Shown: piece after piece, positions 18,133 through 28,243 of the stretch
Position numbering within the stretch: the first letter of the stretch is position 1
Layout of the letters: the number at the start of each line of letters is the position of its first letter
NCBI GenBank assembly: GCA_036012755.1
Contig: DASCPX010000070.1
Location: 96,001 to 160,000 of the forward strand
Reading direction: 5' to 3'
DNA: 64,000 nt
Origin: Myxococcota bacterium
GTDB taxonomy: Bacteria > Myxococcota_A > UBA796 > CAJQPC01
The notes under the pieces: model-generated
Told to the model about the DNA's origin: nothing
Seen by the model: the letters and a program-made list of their open reading frames with translations, nothing else
The model's database searches: none
Translations under genes and position numbers: made by a program

Positions 18133-19961
18133 CAAGGGTCGTCGAACTCGGAGGGGAGGGCCCACTCGGTCGTGCCGTCGAGCACGAAGCGGGCGTGGAC
18201 ATCGAAGAGCCAGGCTTGGAGCCTCGCCCCTCCACAGTCACCCGACCAGAGCCGGCCGTCCACGGTGCACCCTTCTGTGTAGTCCCAGGCGCCGAGATCC
18301 GGAAGGTGGAAGGTCCAGGTTCCGTCCTCGGCGGCCAGCGCGCGGTGCAGCAGCAGGTCCAGCACGATGATGTCCTCGTCGTCGAGGATCTGACCGCCGC
18401 CGCGGCCCAGCTGCTGGCACTCCCGCAGGAAGAGGTTCGCGCAGCCGCCCTGGGAGAAGGCCGGGATGTTGTCGCCGGCGTGCAGCGAGGCCTGTCCCTC
18501 GGTCCACGGGGCAGTGAGCTCATCGAGGCGCTGTGGCCACTGGTCCTTGCTGCGCGGGTCGGTGTGGTGGGCGATCTCCGGCAGGACCGACATGCCGAAG
18601 AAGACGAAGCGCAGCGGGAGGTCGGTCTCCGCGAGGGCGTCGGACCAGGACAGGCCGAGGTCCTCGACCGGCGACAGACCGCTCACCCAGGTCGGCTCGC
18701 TGAGCTCGCGGATCGCCTCTGCCTCGGAGAGGAGGAAGTCCGCAGCGCAGGCCTCGTCGTCGCACTCCTCCGGCTCCTCGTGAAAGAGCACGCCGACCTC
18801 TGTCCTCTCGTCATTCCAGACGGGCTCGAAGGCCTCGCGCACCCCGCAGCTCTGGGCGCGCCGAGACAGGTGCGGCGTGATGCCCAGGGCCACGCTGGCG
18901 GGGAGGTCGTCCAGCAGGCAGCGGTTCTCGGCAGCGGTCTCGACCAGGCGGGTGACGGTCTCGCAGTCCTCGTTCTCGGCCGGGCTGCGGGGCTGCTCGG
19001 CGAAGGCGGCGATCGCGATCTGCAGGCCACCGAGGCGCGTCTCGTCGAAGTGGACGGCGACCGCTGTGTCCTGCAACAGGGCGATCTCAGGGCCGCGGAG
19101 GTCGAGGTCCACGGCGGCGCCCGGGTAGAGCTCGCCGTCGAGCCAGATGCCGTCGGGGGTGGTGAGCGCGACGTGGTCGCCGTCGGCGGCGACCGGGCCC
19201 AGGGCGCTCAGGGACGTGGTGCTCCCCGTGGCGATCTCGTAGAGGCCGACGGTCGTGGTCGCGAAGCCGGGGGCAAGCCCCAGGACATCGAGCTCGACGA
19301 GGCCCTCTGGGCTCCACAGGCCCTCGGCGACGTGGACGACACCGTCCTCGACGGCCAGGGCGGTCGAGGGCAGCGCGTGCACCTCCAGCTCGGCGCCGTC
19401 GAGGGCCCGGATCTCGAGTGAGTCCCCGGCGATCCAGAGCTGGTCTTCGTAGACATCGATCATCCCCGGGGCGACCTCGGCGATGTGCTCGGGGCGGAGG
19501 TGGTCCCAGGGGTTGTCGAGGCGGGGATTGGCGTCGGCGCGCCAGAGGCCACCGTCTGTCGTCACCACGAAGACCTCGCCATCACCGACGGCAAGGTCGA
19601 CGGGCTCGGAGTCGAAGACCCAGGCCCCCCGGCGCAGGTAGACCTCGCCCTCGGCGCAGCGGCCCTGGCGTCCCTCTGTCTCGAACTGGGGCCAGTCCTC
19701 CGTGTCGAGGCAGGCTGGGGCAGCGCTCTGGTGCCAGCGGCTGTCGAAGACGTGGACGCGATCCCCGTCCAGCACCAGGGCGAGAGGGTGTGTCTCGAGG
19801 AGCTCGATGCGGCTCGGCGCGATGGGATCCTCGATGGGGGCCTCGAGCAAGGCACGGAAGGGCTCTCGCTCGATGGGGGCGAGCTCGGCCCAGGGCTCCG
19901 GCACGACCGGATCGGAGTCCGGCGTGGCGGCGGGTCGACAGGCCAGCGACAAGAGCAGCAA
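18132..19961 (-). CDS. Hypothetical lipoprotein (N-terminal beta-propeller-like, C-terminal alpha/beta domain)
   Basis: MLLLSLAC; 609-aa ORF with codon usage like its neighbours. Confidence 0.65.
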   Translation of the reverse strand: MLLLSLACRPAATPDSDPVVPEPWAELAPIEREPFRALLEAPIEDPIAPSRIELLETHPLALVLDGDRVHVFDSRWHQSAAPACLDTEDWPQFETEGRQGRCAEGEVYLRRGAWVFDSEPVDLAVGDGEVFVVTTDGGLWRADANPRLDNPWDHLRPEHIAEVAPGMIDVYEDQLWIAGDSLEIRALDGAELEVHALPSTALAVEDGVVHVAEGLWSPEGLVELDVLGLAPGFATTTVGLYEIATGSTTSLSALGPVAADGDHVALTTPDGIWLDGELYPGAAVDLDLRGPEIALLQDTAVAVHFDETRLGGLQIAIAAFAEQPRSPAENEDCETVTRLVETAAENRCLLDDLPASVALGITPHLSRRAQSCGVREAFEPVWNDERTEVGVLFHEEPEECDDEACAADFLLSEAEAIRELSEPTWVSGLSPVEDLGLSWSDALAETDLPLRFVFFGMSVLPEIAHHTDPRSKDQWPQRLDELTAPWTEGQASLHAGDNIPAFSQGGCANLFLRECQQLGRGGGQILDDEDIIVLDLLLHRALAAEDGTWTFHLPDLGAWDYTEGCTVDGRLWSGDCGGARLQAWLFDVHARFVLDGTTEWALPSEFDDP

Positions 19962-19978
19962 GGCCTCAGTCTAGCCGC

Positions 19979-22003
19979 TCAGACCTGGAGCAGCCCGATG
20001 CGCCTCAGGTCCGGCCAGAAGGCCTCGGCAGATGCGGGGCAGGTAGCCACGGCCTCATTGACCGACAGCGGTTCGGTCCCTGGCCTGGCGGCCTCGAGGA
20101 CCTCGGTGAGCCAGTCGAGCACGTCCGCCTCAGCGCTGATCAGCGTCCTGCCCCAGCGTCCGTGAAGGGCCAGGGCGCCGTCCTCGTCGAGGGGCTCGCC
20201 GCCGATCCAGACGAGCTGACTCCCGCCCTCGGACCGGGGCACGTGGAGGGCGCGGTGGATGCGGTCGGGGGCCTCGGTCGTGCCTGGCAGGGGGTGCTCC
20301 AGATCCTCACCCTTCATCCAGCGGCCCAGCCAGCGCGGCAAGAGCGCATCGAAGCGGTCGTGGTCACCGCCGGCTGGGTCCAAGTGGTCTATATCGTTGG
20401 CAGCAAAGGCCGCCGGCTGGTCCTGGATCTCGACACCGTAGCGAGCCGGATCCTGGAAGATCGGCGCGTGTCGCGTCAGGACGAAGCGGTGCCAGAATGC
20501 CGAGTCCAGTGCGCCCTCGTTGAACAATTGCCGAACGATCTCCGCACTATCCAGCGTCTCCTGGTCGCTCTGGGACGGGAAGCCGTACATGAGGTAGGCG
20601 TGCACCATGACGCCGGCGTAGCGGAAGTTGCGAGCGGCGCGGGCCACCTGCTCTACGGTGACGCCCTTGTCCATGAGTTCGAGGATGCGCGTGTTGGCCG
20701 CCTCGAGACCTCCCGTCACGGCCACGAGCCCGCTGGCGGCTAGCAACCTGCAGAGATCGTAGGAGAATGCCGTCTCGAACCTGATGTTGCCCCACCAGGT
20801 CGCTTGCACGCCACGGCCCAGCAACTCCAGGGCGAGGGCCTTCATGCCGCGGGGCGGCGCGGCCTCGTCGACGAAGTGGAAGCCCCGCCGGCCGCTCTGG
20901 ACGATGCGCTCCTCCATCGCGTCCACGAGGCGCTCGGTGGAGGCTGCCTGGTAGCGGTTGATGTAGTCGAGCTCGACGTCGCAGAAGGTGCAGCGGCGCC
21001 AGTAGCAGCCGTGGGCGAGCGTGATCTTGCTCCAGCGCCCGTCCGCCCAGAGGCGGTGGGCCGGATTGAGCCTGTCGATAAGGTCCAGGTACCTGAGATC
21101 GTCGAGCTCTCCATACCAGCCGGCGCAGGTCATCGAGGACGAGGGCTGCTCCATCCGGAGCACTCCAGCGGCTGTCCGGGTGCGATGCCGGTCGTCCTCG
21201 CCGGTCTCGCGGTGTTTGATCAGGGCGAGCAGGGGCTCCTCGCCGTCGTCGTAGGTGAGGGCGTCGACGCAGTGCCAGAGCCGAGGCTCGTCGACCTCGC
21301 GCAGCTCGGTGTTGATGTAGCCGCCGCCCATCCAGACCTCGGCGCCGCGCGCCCGCAGTCGCCGACCGAGGCGCAGTGCCCCGTACAGGCTCCCGGGGAA
21401 GGGCACGCTCAGGCCGACGACCTCGGTGTCGATCGTGTCGGCGAGCTCATCCAGCAGCTCGTCCACCACGCTGGTCATCTCCAGGCGGCTCCACAGGTCG
21501 TCGAAGCTGGCCGGACCGACGGCGAGATGGTGCTGGTAGCGCGCGAGGCCGAAGCCATCGTCGACACAGGTCGTGACGAGGTCGGCGAGGTCTTCGAGAT
21601 AGAGCGTCGCCATGTGGCGGGCGGCGTCTTGGCCCGACATGCGCCCGAAGTGACTGAGATCGTTGTTGTCCAGCCTGGGTCCACCGGGAAGAGCGCCGGA
21701 GAGGATGCGGGGACCAAAGCTGCGGTCGAGGCCTTGGAGGAAGCGAACGAGCGGCTCGACGACCTCCAGGTGCTGCTCGCGCATGGACAGGGCGCGCCAG
21801 GCAGGCTCGGGGAGGTCCTCTGGCAGTGCCTCGAAGATCCTCGTGAGCCCCTCGCGAGAGAAGAGCCGCAGCGCGAGCTCCAGCCCGAGATCCCGCTGGA
21901 CGCAGGCGACGCCGTGGTCCCGCAGAAAGGCCGCGAGGTAGGCGGTCGAGGGATAGGGCGTGTTGAGCTGGGACAGCGGCGGCAGGACGAGGGTGAGGGT
22001 CAC
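19979..22003 (-). CDS. B12-binding-domain radical SAM enzyme
   Basis: GTG start at 22003 (GTGA overlap); PPLSQLNTPYPSTAYL; CYWRRCTFC (CxxxCxxC); FHFVDEAAPP; HAYLMYGFP. Confidence 0.9.
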   Translation of the reverse strand: MTLTLVLPPLSQLNTPYPSTAYLAAFLRDHGVACVQRDLGLELALRLFSREGLTRIFEALPEDLPEPAWRALSMREQHLEVVEPLVRFLQGLDRSFGPRILSGALPGGPRLDNNDLSHFGRMSGQDAARHMATLYLEDLADLVTTCVDDGFGLARYQHHLAVGPASFDDLWSRLEMTSVVDELLDELADTIDTEVVGLSVPFPGSLYGALRLGRRLRARGAEVWMGGGYINTELREVDEPRLWHCVDALTYDDGEEPLLALIKHRETGEDDRHRTRTAAGVLRMEQPSSSMTCAGWYGELDDLRYLDLIDRLNPAHRLWADGRWSKITLAHGCYWRRCTFCDVELDYINRYQAASTERLVDAMEERIVQSGRRGFHFVDEAAPPRGMKALALELLGRGVQATWWGNIRFETAFSYDLCRLLAASGLVAVTGGLEAANTRILELMDKGVTVEQVARAARNFRYAGVMVHAYLMYGFPSQSDQETLDSAEIVRQLFNEGALDSAFWHRFVLTRHAPIFQDPARYGVEIQDQPAAFAANDIDHLDPAGGDHDRFDALLPRWLGRWMKGEDLEHPLPGTTEAPDRIHRALHVPRSEGGSQLVWIGGEPLDEDGALALHGRWGRTLISAEADVLDWLTEVLEAARPGTEPLSVNEAVATCPASAEAFWPDLRRIGLLQV

Positions 22004-22650
22004 CGCAGGCCCTCTCGCAGGGTGCGCGCCGTCATGCCGCCCAGGTAGCGCAGGGCGCCGCGGTCGTGCATGGAGGCCCCGCCCGAGCGCGGTCGCATGT
22101 TCACGGGGACCTCTCGGATGAGCAGGTCGTTGCGCCTCGCGAGCACGAAGATGTTGGCGTCGGCGTAGTCCTCTGGGAAGCACTCGGCGAAGACCCCGAC
22201 CGCTCTGGGGCTCAGGGCCTGGAAGCCGCTGGTGACGTCCCGGATGCGCTGGCCGATCAAGGCCATCGTGAGCCAGGACAGCCCCTCGATGGCGACCCGA
22301 CGGCGCAGCGACATCCGGTAGCCCGAGGGCTCGAGGAAGCGGGAGCCGATGACCAGGTCGGCCTCTCGGAGACCCTCGCGCAACAGCGGGATGGCCTCTG
22401 CCGGGTGCTGTCCGTCTGCGTCGAGCTGCACTACCGCTGATCCCTGGAGGTGGCGATAGCCGGCCTTGAGCGCCTGGGCGTACCCGGCATCGGACTCCAT
22501 GACCTCTGCGCCGGCGGCTCGGGCCTGCTCGGCCGTGTCGTCGATGCAGCCGTTGACGACGACGAGGACGCCCTCGACGTGTGCGCTCGCAGCCCGGACG
22601 ACCTCGCCGACGCGGGGACCCTCGTTTCGCGCCGGGATGAGCGCGAACAC
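22000..22650 (-). CDS. Glycosyltransferase family 2 (DPM1-like)
   Basis: LIPARNE, QLDADGQH (DxD), VIGSRF, RDVTSGF. Confidence 0.9.
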   Translation of the reverse strand: MFALIPARNEGPRVGEVVRAASAHVEGVLVVVNGCIDDTAEQARAAGAEVMESDAGYAQALKAGYRHLQGSAVVQLDADGQHPAEAIPLLREGLREADLVIGSRFLEPSGYRMSLRRRVAIEGLSWLTMALIGQRIRDVTSGFQALSPRAVGVFAECFPEDYADANIFVLARRNDLLIREVPVNMRPRSGGASMHDRGALRYLGGMTARTLREGLR

Positions 22651-23559
22651 CTACAGGAGCCAGTGACGGCCGCGACCCTCTGGGGCTTCGAGCACGTCGC
22701 CGGAGGCGTCGAGCCATCGGGCTCGGTTCTCTCCGACGATGCGGAAGCGCCGTCGCCAGATGAGGGTGCCGCCGTCTCGGATCTCGAGCTCCAGCCTCAC
22801 CTGCTCTGCAGGGGGTTGCACGGCGGTGTCGCGGGCGCGGCTGAACACGCCGACCGCCATGGTCCCGGGCTCCTGCGCCAGGCGGATGGCGAGGTCGCCA
22901 GCGGCGTGCTCGTCGCAGTCGCGAGGCAAGAGCCGGACCTCGAGCTTGTTCTCCTGGAGCCGCACGACGCTGGGGGGCACGAAGCCATGGCTGACGAAGA
23001 AGGACTCCATGAGGTGCCCGGCCATGCGGGCGACGTCCTGTTCGGTGGCTCCCTCGGGGACGTCCTGAACAGCGGCGGGCGCGATGGTCTCGTCAGAGTC
23101 GCGGAGGAAGCGGATCCGGGCGTTGCGGGGCTTGGGGAAGAGCGGATGGAGCAGGTCGTGGCCTGGCTCGAGGCCGGCGTGGCGGGTCCAGCCGCCGAGC
23201 CAGACGAGATCGTCGGCCCCGATGAAGGGACGGACAGCGGCTTCCCAGGAGCCATCGGGGAAGGTGCGCAGCACGAAGACGTGGCGGAGCACTCCCATGC
23301 CAGAGGCCAGCACGGCCTCGCCGCAGGTGAAGACCCAGGCGATGTCGTCGCGCTCGAGCAGCGTGGTGCCAGCCAGCGCGCACTCCTCTGGATCGAGGTC
23401 CGGACGCGAGACGGCGAGCCGCTCCCGCCCTGTCCCGGCGATGACGGTCCAGGACAGACCCTGGTTGCTCTCGGCGTTGGCCTCCGCCTCTCGCGTCATC
23501 CAATCCATGGGGTCGCCCTCGGGCAACGGGAAGCGCGTCAGAGGTAGCACGAGGTCCAC
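22651..23559 (-). CDS. Hypothetical protein
   Basis: C-terminal part of a long ORF; GTG start at 23559 preceded by TACGAT-N6. Confidence 0.6.
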   Translation of the reverse strand: MDLVLPLTRFPLPEGDPMDWMTREAEANAESNQGLSWTVIAGTGRERLAVSRPDLDPEECALAGTTLLERDDIAWVFTCGEAVLASGMGVLRHVFVLRTFPDGSWEAAVRPFIGADDLVWLGGWTRHAGLEPGHDLLHPLFPKPRNARIRFLRDSDETIAPAAVQDVPEGATEQDVARMAGHLMESFFVSHGFVPPSVVRLQENKLEVRLLPRDCDEHAAGDLAIRLAQEPGTMAVGVFSRARDTAVQPPAEQVRLELEIRDGGTLIWRRRFRIVGENRARWLDASGDVLEAPEGRGRHWLL

Positions 23560-23721
23560 GGCTCGATCGTAGCAGGCCGGGCCCGAGGGCAGGATCGCGG
23601 GGGGCGCGTGTTGGCGGTCGGGAGTGGCTACCGTCAACCCGGGGGCGCTACGTGGAGGTCCCCCTTGGGCCCCTGACACGGAGCCCTGGGACGTCGACGC
23701 CGCCTTCGAGGAGCTCTTGTC

Positions 23722-24516
23722 ATGGCCTACCACCGCGACCGCGACATCACTAGCGAGATCCCCGGCTTTCGGCGAATGCTGGCGCACGTGACCCCCTCCC
23801 GGGTCCACGCGCAGGTCACCTATGTCCAGACCCTCGATGTCACCCGCACCCTGGCTTGGATGCGTGAGCGTGACGAGCCGGTGACGCTGCTCCATGTCTT
23901 CACCGCAGCGGCGGCCCGGCTGTTCCACGGACGACCCCGGCTGAACCGCTACGTCACGGGCACGCGGTTCTTCCAACGGGACGGCGTGAGGGTCAGCCTG
24001 TCCGCGAAGAAGTCGATGAAGGACGGCGCGCCACTGGTGGTGATCCCACTGGAGCTGCCGGCGGACGCCGACCCGGTGATGGTGGGCGCCCTGCTCCGGG
24101 AGCGCCTCGACCCGCCTCGTCGCGGCGAGGTCATGCGGCAGGAGAAGGAGAACGCCCTGCTGCTGAAGATCCCGGGCTTCCTGATGGGCCCGCTCCTGGC
24201 GCTGGCGATGTGGCTCGACCGTCGCCACTGGCTGCCCAAGGCGCTGGTCGATCCAGATCCGTTGTTCTGCTCCCTGTTCATCGCGAACCTCGGCTCTGTC
24301 GGCCTGGAGGTCGCGCACCACCACCTCTTCGAGTGGGGAAACTGCCCCTTCTTCGCCGTCATCGGCCGCATCCACGAAGAGGACGGTCGGGCCGAGGTCC
24401 AGGTCGGTTGGACCTTCGACGAGCGGGTCGAGGACGGCATGGCCTGCGCCTTGGCGATGAAGGACCTCCAGGCGCTCGTCGAGGATCCAGCGGGCTTCGC
24501 GGTGGTCTCCGCGTAG
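23722..24516 (+). CDS. Stand-alone 2-oxoacid dehydrogenase E2/CAT-like acyltransferase domain, with His replaced by Glu
   Basis: PRLNRYV, FIANLGSVG, TFDERVEDG in place of DHRxxDG; no lipoyl domain; GAGGAG RBS. Confidence 0.8.
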   Translation: MAYHRDRDITSEIPGFRRMLAHVTPSRVHAQVTYVQTLDVTRTLAWMRERDEPVTLLHVFTAAAARLFHGRPRLNRYVTGTRFFQRDGVRVSLSAKKSMKDGAPLVVIPLELPADADPVMVGALLRERLDPPRRGEVMRQEKENALLLKIPGFLMGPLLALAMWLDRRHWLPKALVDPDPLFCSLFIANLGSVGLEVAHHHLFEWGNCPFFAVIGRIHEEDGRAEVQVGWTFDERVEDGMACALAMKDLQALVEDPAGFAVVSA

Positions 24517-24525
24517 AGTGCCTCG

Positions 24526-25797
24526 ATGAGGATCGGACTCGTGGTCTCCGGCGCCCAGTGCCGGCGGCGCCAGTGGCTGGAGGTCAACAGTCCCGTCGAG
24601 GGTCGGAACCTGCGCGCCTCTACGACGAACAGCCGGCGCCTGCGCGAGGCCATCCGGGGCAGCGTGTCCGGGCGCTTCGACGAGGTCTTCGAGGCGGAGG
24701 GCATCCGTGTCCGCGCCGACTTGCTGGAGGAGCTCGATGGAGGGCTCGGGCTGCGCAGGTTCCGGGCGGCGACGCGGCGGCGGCCCTGGCATGTCGATGA
24801 GCTCGCGCTGCAGGTCCACGTCCTGCGTGCCTGCGGCCTCCGGGTGGTCAGCGCCCAGCTCTGGCGCCTGAACCGGCGGTATCGGCGAGGGTCGGAGCTG
24901 GACGTCATGGCCGCGCTGAAGCGCCTCGAGGTGATCGACCAGGTCGACGCCCGGCTCGAGGCGTGGATCGAGCGCCTGCCCGAGCTGGCCGTGCTGCCTG
25001 CAGAGGAGCCGGAGATCGAGGCGGGTCCGCACTGTACGCGGCCCCGACAGTGTCCCTTCCGGGAGCGCTGCGGGTGGGTCCCGCGTGCCCTCGAGCCGAG
25101 CCCCTTGACCGAACGCATCGATCGAGCGCGGGTGACCGGGGCTCCGGTGGTGGACGCCTCGTTGGCAGAGGACCTCCGAGCCGAGGGGACCGTGCACGCG
25201 CTGGACTTCGAGGCCTGGGCGCCGGCCCTGCCGGCCTTTCCAGGGACCGCACCCTTCGAGTCCGTGGTGGTCCAGTGGTCGCTCCACACGAGGAACGCCT
25301 CGGGGCTGGTACACCGGGAGGGGTTCATGGAGCCGCACTCGGACGGGCGCCGGGCGCTGGTGGAGGCGCTGTTCGACGCCCTCGAAGAGCCAGGTCCGAT
25401 CTATGTCTTCTCCGAGTTCGAGGGGCGAGCCCTGGGTCGGATGCGGGAGATGATGTCGGCGCACGCCGAGCGGCTGGAGGCGATCCGTGCCCGCCTCGTG
25501 GACCTGCTGCCGCTGCTACGCGAGAAGTACGTGCACCCCGACTTCGACGGAGCCTTCGGGCTCAAGCGTGTCCTCCCGGTGCTCGTTCCGGGTGAGGGCT
25601 ACGAAGACCTCGACCTCGATGACGGCGGCGAGGCGGCGTTGGCCTACGGGGAGCTGGCGGACCCGTCGACGACGGGGCCGAGGCGCCAGCAGATCAGGGA
25701 GATGCTGTCGGCCTATTGCGCGCGGGACTCGTGGGCGCTGTTGCGCATCAGGGAGGCGCTGCTGGCGAAGCTGGGAGTAGGATTCGAGCCATGTTGA
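24526..25797 (+). CDS. DUF2779-domain protein (RNase H-like/nuclease-related)
   Basis: QC.R..WL, C..P..CPF...C, LDFE, PF..VVVQWSLH, DLL, FGLKRVLP, YCARD. Confidence 0.8.
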   Translation: MRIGLVVSGAQCRRRQWLEVNSPVEGRNLRASTTNSRRLREAIRGSVSGRFDEVFEAEGIRVRADLLEELDGGLGLRRFRAATRRRPWHVDELALQVHVLRACGLRVVSAQLWRLNRRYRRGSELDVMAALKRLEVIDQVDARLEAWIERLPELAVLPAEEPEIEAGPHCTRPRQCPFRERCGWVPRALEPSPLTERIDRARVTGAPVVDASLAEDLRAEGTVHALDFEAWAPALPAFPGTAPFESVVVQWSLHTRNASGLVHREGFMEPHSDGRRALVEALFDALEEPGPIYVFSEFEGRALGRMREMMSAHAERLEAIRARLVDLLPLLREKYVHPDFDGAFGLKRVLPVLVPGEGYEDLDLDDGGEAALAYGELADPSTTGPRRQQIREMLSAYCARDSWALLRIREALLAKLGVGFEPC

Positions 25798-26783
25798 CCC
25801 GAAGATGCCTGCTCGGTGGGGCCGCGGCGCTTGTCCTCGCGTGCAACCGAGACCCTGGTAACAACAACGATATCGACGAGTTGGCCAGCGAGCCGCTGGA
25901 CGTTGACGCCTACGCCAGTGCCTTGGAGGAGGCGCTGGCTGGCACGGGACACGAGGACGCCGTGGCCCCGGGCTGCGCTGCCTTCGAGGACATCCGGGTC
26001 CTGTTGGCCGAGCACGCGCCCATCAGCGCCGCTGTCTTGTCCCGGACCTTCAACGAGCTGGCCGTTCCGATGGCCCAGGGGCTTGCCGCCTGCCGGGACC
26101 AGACGGATCCGACCACCATCCGAGAGGCCCTGGCCGCCGGCATGGACGCAGCGGCCTTCGCCGAGATCGCCGGGCTCTGGGGGCGCATGAACGAAGAGCT
26201 GGAGGGGCTCGGCGTGCAAGGCGCCGCGGACGAGGATCGCCTGGACGAGGTCCGCTCCTACTTCACCGACATGCCCCGGGCCCTGGCCCAGGCGAGCATC
26301 GATCTCGAGGACATGCAGCCGGGGCTGGAAGACAGCCCGGTGACCCTCGGGACCCTCTCCCAGCTGCACGACTTCATCGCCCACATCGGTCGGGACGACC
26401 TCGACGAGGCCCTCGACGACGGCGCGGTGCTGGCGAACCTCTCGACGCTCTACTTCGGAATCGCGGAGGGCAAGGCTGTCGCGCTGCCGCCTCCGTTGGA
26501 CTGCGAGTCCGAGTGGGAGGAGATCAAGTACTGGCTCACGGTCATCGCGTTCATCATCGCGGTGTTGGCCATCGCTGCAGCTGTCGCGGCCCTGTTGGGC
26601 GGGCCCGCGGGGCTGTTCGTCGTCGCCTTGCTCGGCGCGGTCTTCTCAGAGGGCTCGGCGATGATGATCGCCACCCTGTTGGCCTTCATCTTCGTCGGGC
26701 TCACCATCGCGAAGTCCAGCGGTGAGACGGTCGTCACCAAGCCGGTCGACTGTGTCTGCCAGGCCATGACGGGGGCGGAGTGA
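25791..26783 (+). CDS. Tat-type lipoprotein with C-terminal hydrophobic helices
   Basis: MLTRRCLLGGAAALVLAC (twin-Arg + lipobox); acidic helical body; about 55-aa hydrophobic block near the C-terminus. Confidence 0.7.
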   Translation: MLTRRCLLGGAAALVLACNRDPGNNNDIDELASEPLDVDAYASALEEALAGTGHEDAVAPGCAAFEDIRVLLAEHAPISAAVLSRTFNELAVPMAQGLAACRDQTDPTTIREALAAGMDAAAFAEIAGLWGRMNEELEGLGVQGAADEDRLDEVRSYFTDMPRALAQASIDLEDMQPGLEDSPVTLGTLSQLHDFIAHIGRDDLDEALDDGAVLANLSTLYFGIAEGKAVALPPPLDCESEWEEIKYWLTVIAFIIAVLAIAAAVAALLGGPAGLFVVALLGAVFSEGSAMMIATLLAFIFVGLTIAKSSGETVVTKPVDCVCQAMTGAE

Positions 26784-28243
26784 TGCTGGTTCTGACCCTG
26801 ATCGGCTGCATGTTCGAGGTCGTCGACTGGCTGGGAAACGCGGCCAGTCGCGGCTACGAGAGCCTGGAGTTCGTAGCGCTCGACATGGACTGTGCTGCCG
26901 ACGTCTACACGCTCGATGCCTACCTCCAAGGCGAGACCCCCTCGACCGTGACGGCGGAGATCTACACGGACGAGACCGGCTCCACCGTAGACCGGAAGGT
27001 GGCGCTCTCGGCGGACTACGAAAACGGCGGCGCTGGCATCCACCGCTTCTACGCGGAGGACATCGAGCTCCCCTGCACCTCCTCCCGCCTGGTGGTGATC
27101 TCGGCGACCAACATGTGCGAGGAGCTCTCGGAGCAGGTCACCTGGGAAGCAGCGGAAATAGGCGACATCGTTCCGGATGTAGGTCCGTCAGACGGTGGAC
27201 AACAGGTGCTGGTCGGGCTTCGAGAGGGGAGCTACGACTGGTCGTCTGTGGAGCTCTACTTCGGACAGGGCTCCTCGACGTGGGCGGCCGCATCCGACGT
27301 CCAGATAGGGACCGACTGCTCGGATCTCGAGACCGACGCCTGCATCACGGCGACCTCCCCCGACTACGGCTCGGCGGAGACCGTCTCGCTGCGCCTCGTT
27401 GACGCCAACGGCAACGAGACCCTGTCGCAGGACGCCTACACCTTCCACAGTCCCAACCGCGACATGCCCACCGGACTGGGCCGAGCGATGATGATCGCCT
27501 TCGACCCGACCTGGTTCTACCTGGGCAGCCCCTACGGCAGCATCGGCGAGTCCTACGAGTACCTGCAGGTCGATCTGCTGATGCACGAACCCATCGACGG
27601 GCCCTACCACATGTGGGACGCGGCGCCCGCCGTCGGCGAGTGCTCCTGGGGCGAGTCCATGTGGACCACCTTGGATGTCGGCACCTATGTCGAGCTCCAC
27701 GGGGACGTCGCCGACGCGACGCTTCCCAACGTCGGAGGTGGGGTCTACTACTACCTGGACTCCAACAGCGGACACGAACTGTACGCCGGCGAGGCGGTCG
27801 ACCTGGAGATCCCCGATGGTGTGGAGAGCTATCCAGCACAGACCATACCCGACGCTTTCGTCTTCCCGGAGCTGCTGAGATCCACCTCCTTTGGGGATCC
27901 CTCAGAGGACGAGTTCGGCGTCCAGATCGTTCCGCGCGGGGACGACATCGTGCTGAGTTGGACCCCGGGCGAGGACATGGACGGTCTCACCTACACCCTG
28001 TCCGCGGTCCAAGACTACACGACGCTCTCGACGACGACCTGCACGGTCGACCCTGACGCGGGTGTCCTCGTCGTTCCGTGGACGGACCTCGTCGAGAGCG
28101 GCGACACCGGCTCGGTCGATGGCATCCTCGTGGACATGGAGTTCTGGAAGGACAACCTCGCGGTGGTGCCGCATGACGGCTCGACCTTCTGGGCTCGCTC
28201 CACCATCTGGCTCGAGAGCTACGTCGCGGTGGTGGAGCCGTGA
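26780..28243 (+). CDS. Hypothetical acidic lipoprotein (IPT/TIG-like segment)
   Basis: MMLVLTLIGC; IVPDVGPSDGGQQV..YFG..ITATSP..DAYTF resembles IPT/TIG. Confidence 0.7.
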   Translation: MMLVLTLIGCMFEVVDWLGNAASRGYESLEFVALDMDCAADVYTLDAYLQGETPSTVTAEIYTDETGSTVDRKVALSADYENGGAGIHRFYAEDIELPCTSSRLVVISATNMCEELSEQVTWEAAEIGDIVPDVGPSDGGQQVLVGLREGSYDWSSVELYFGQGSSTWAAASDVQIGTDCSDLETDACITATSPDYGSAETVSLRLVDANGNETLSQDAYTFHSPNRDMPTGLGRAMMIAFDPTWFYLGSPYGSIGESYEYLQVDLLMHEPIDGPYHMWDAAPAVGECSWGESMWTTLDVGTYVELHGDVADATLPNVGGGVYYYLDSNSGHELYAGEAVDLEIPDGVESYPAQTIPDAFVFPELLRSTSFGDPSEDEFGVQIVPRGDDIVLSWTPGEDMDGLTYTLSAVQDYTTLSTTTCTVDPDAGVLVVPWTDLVESGDTGSVDGILVDMEFWKDNLAVVPHDGSTFWARSTIWLESYVAVVEP

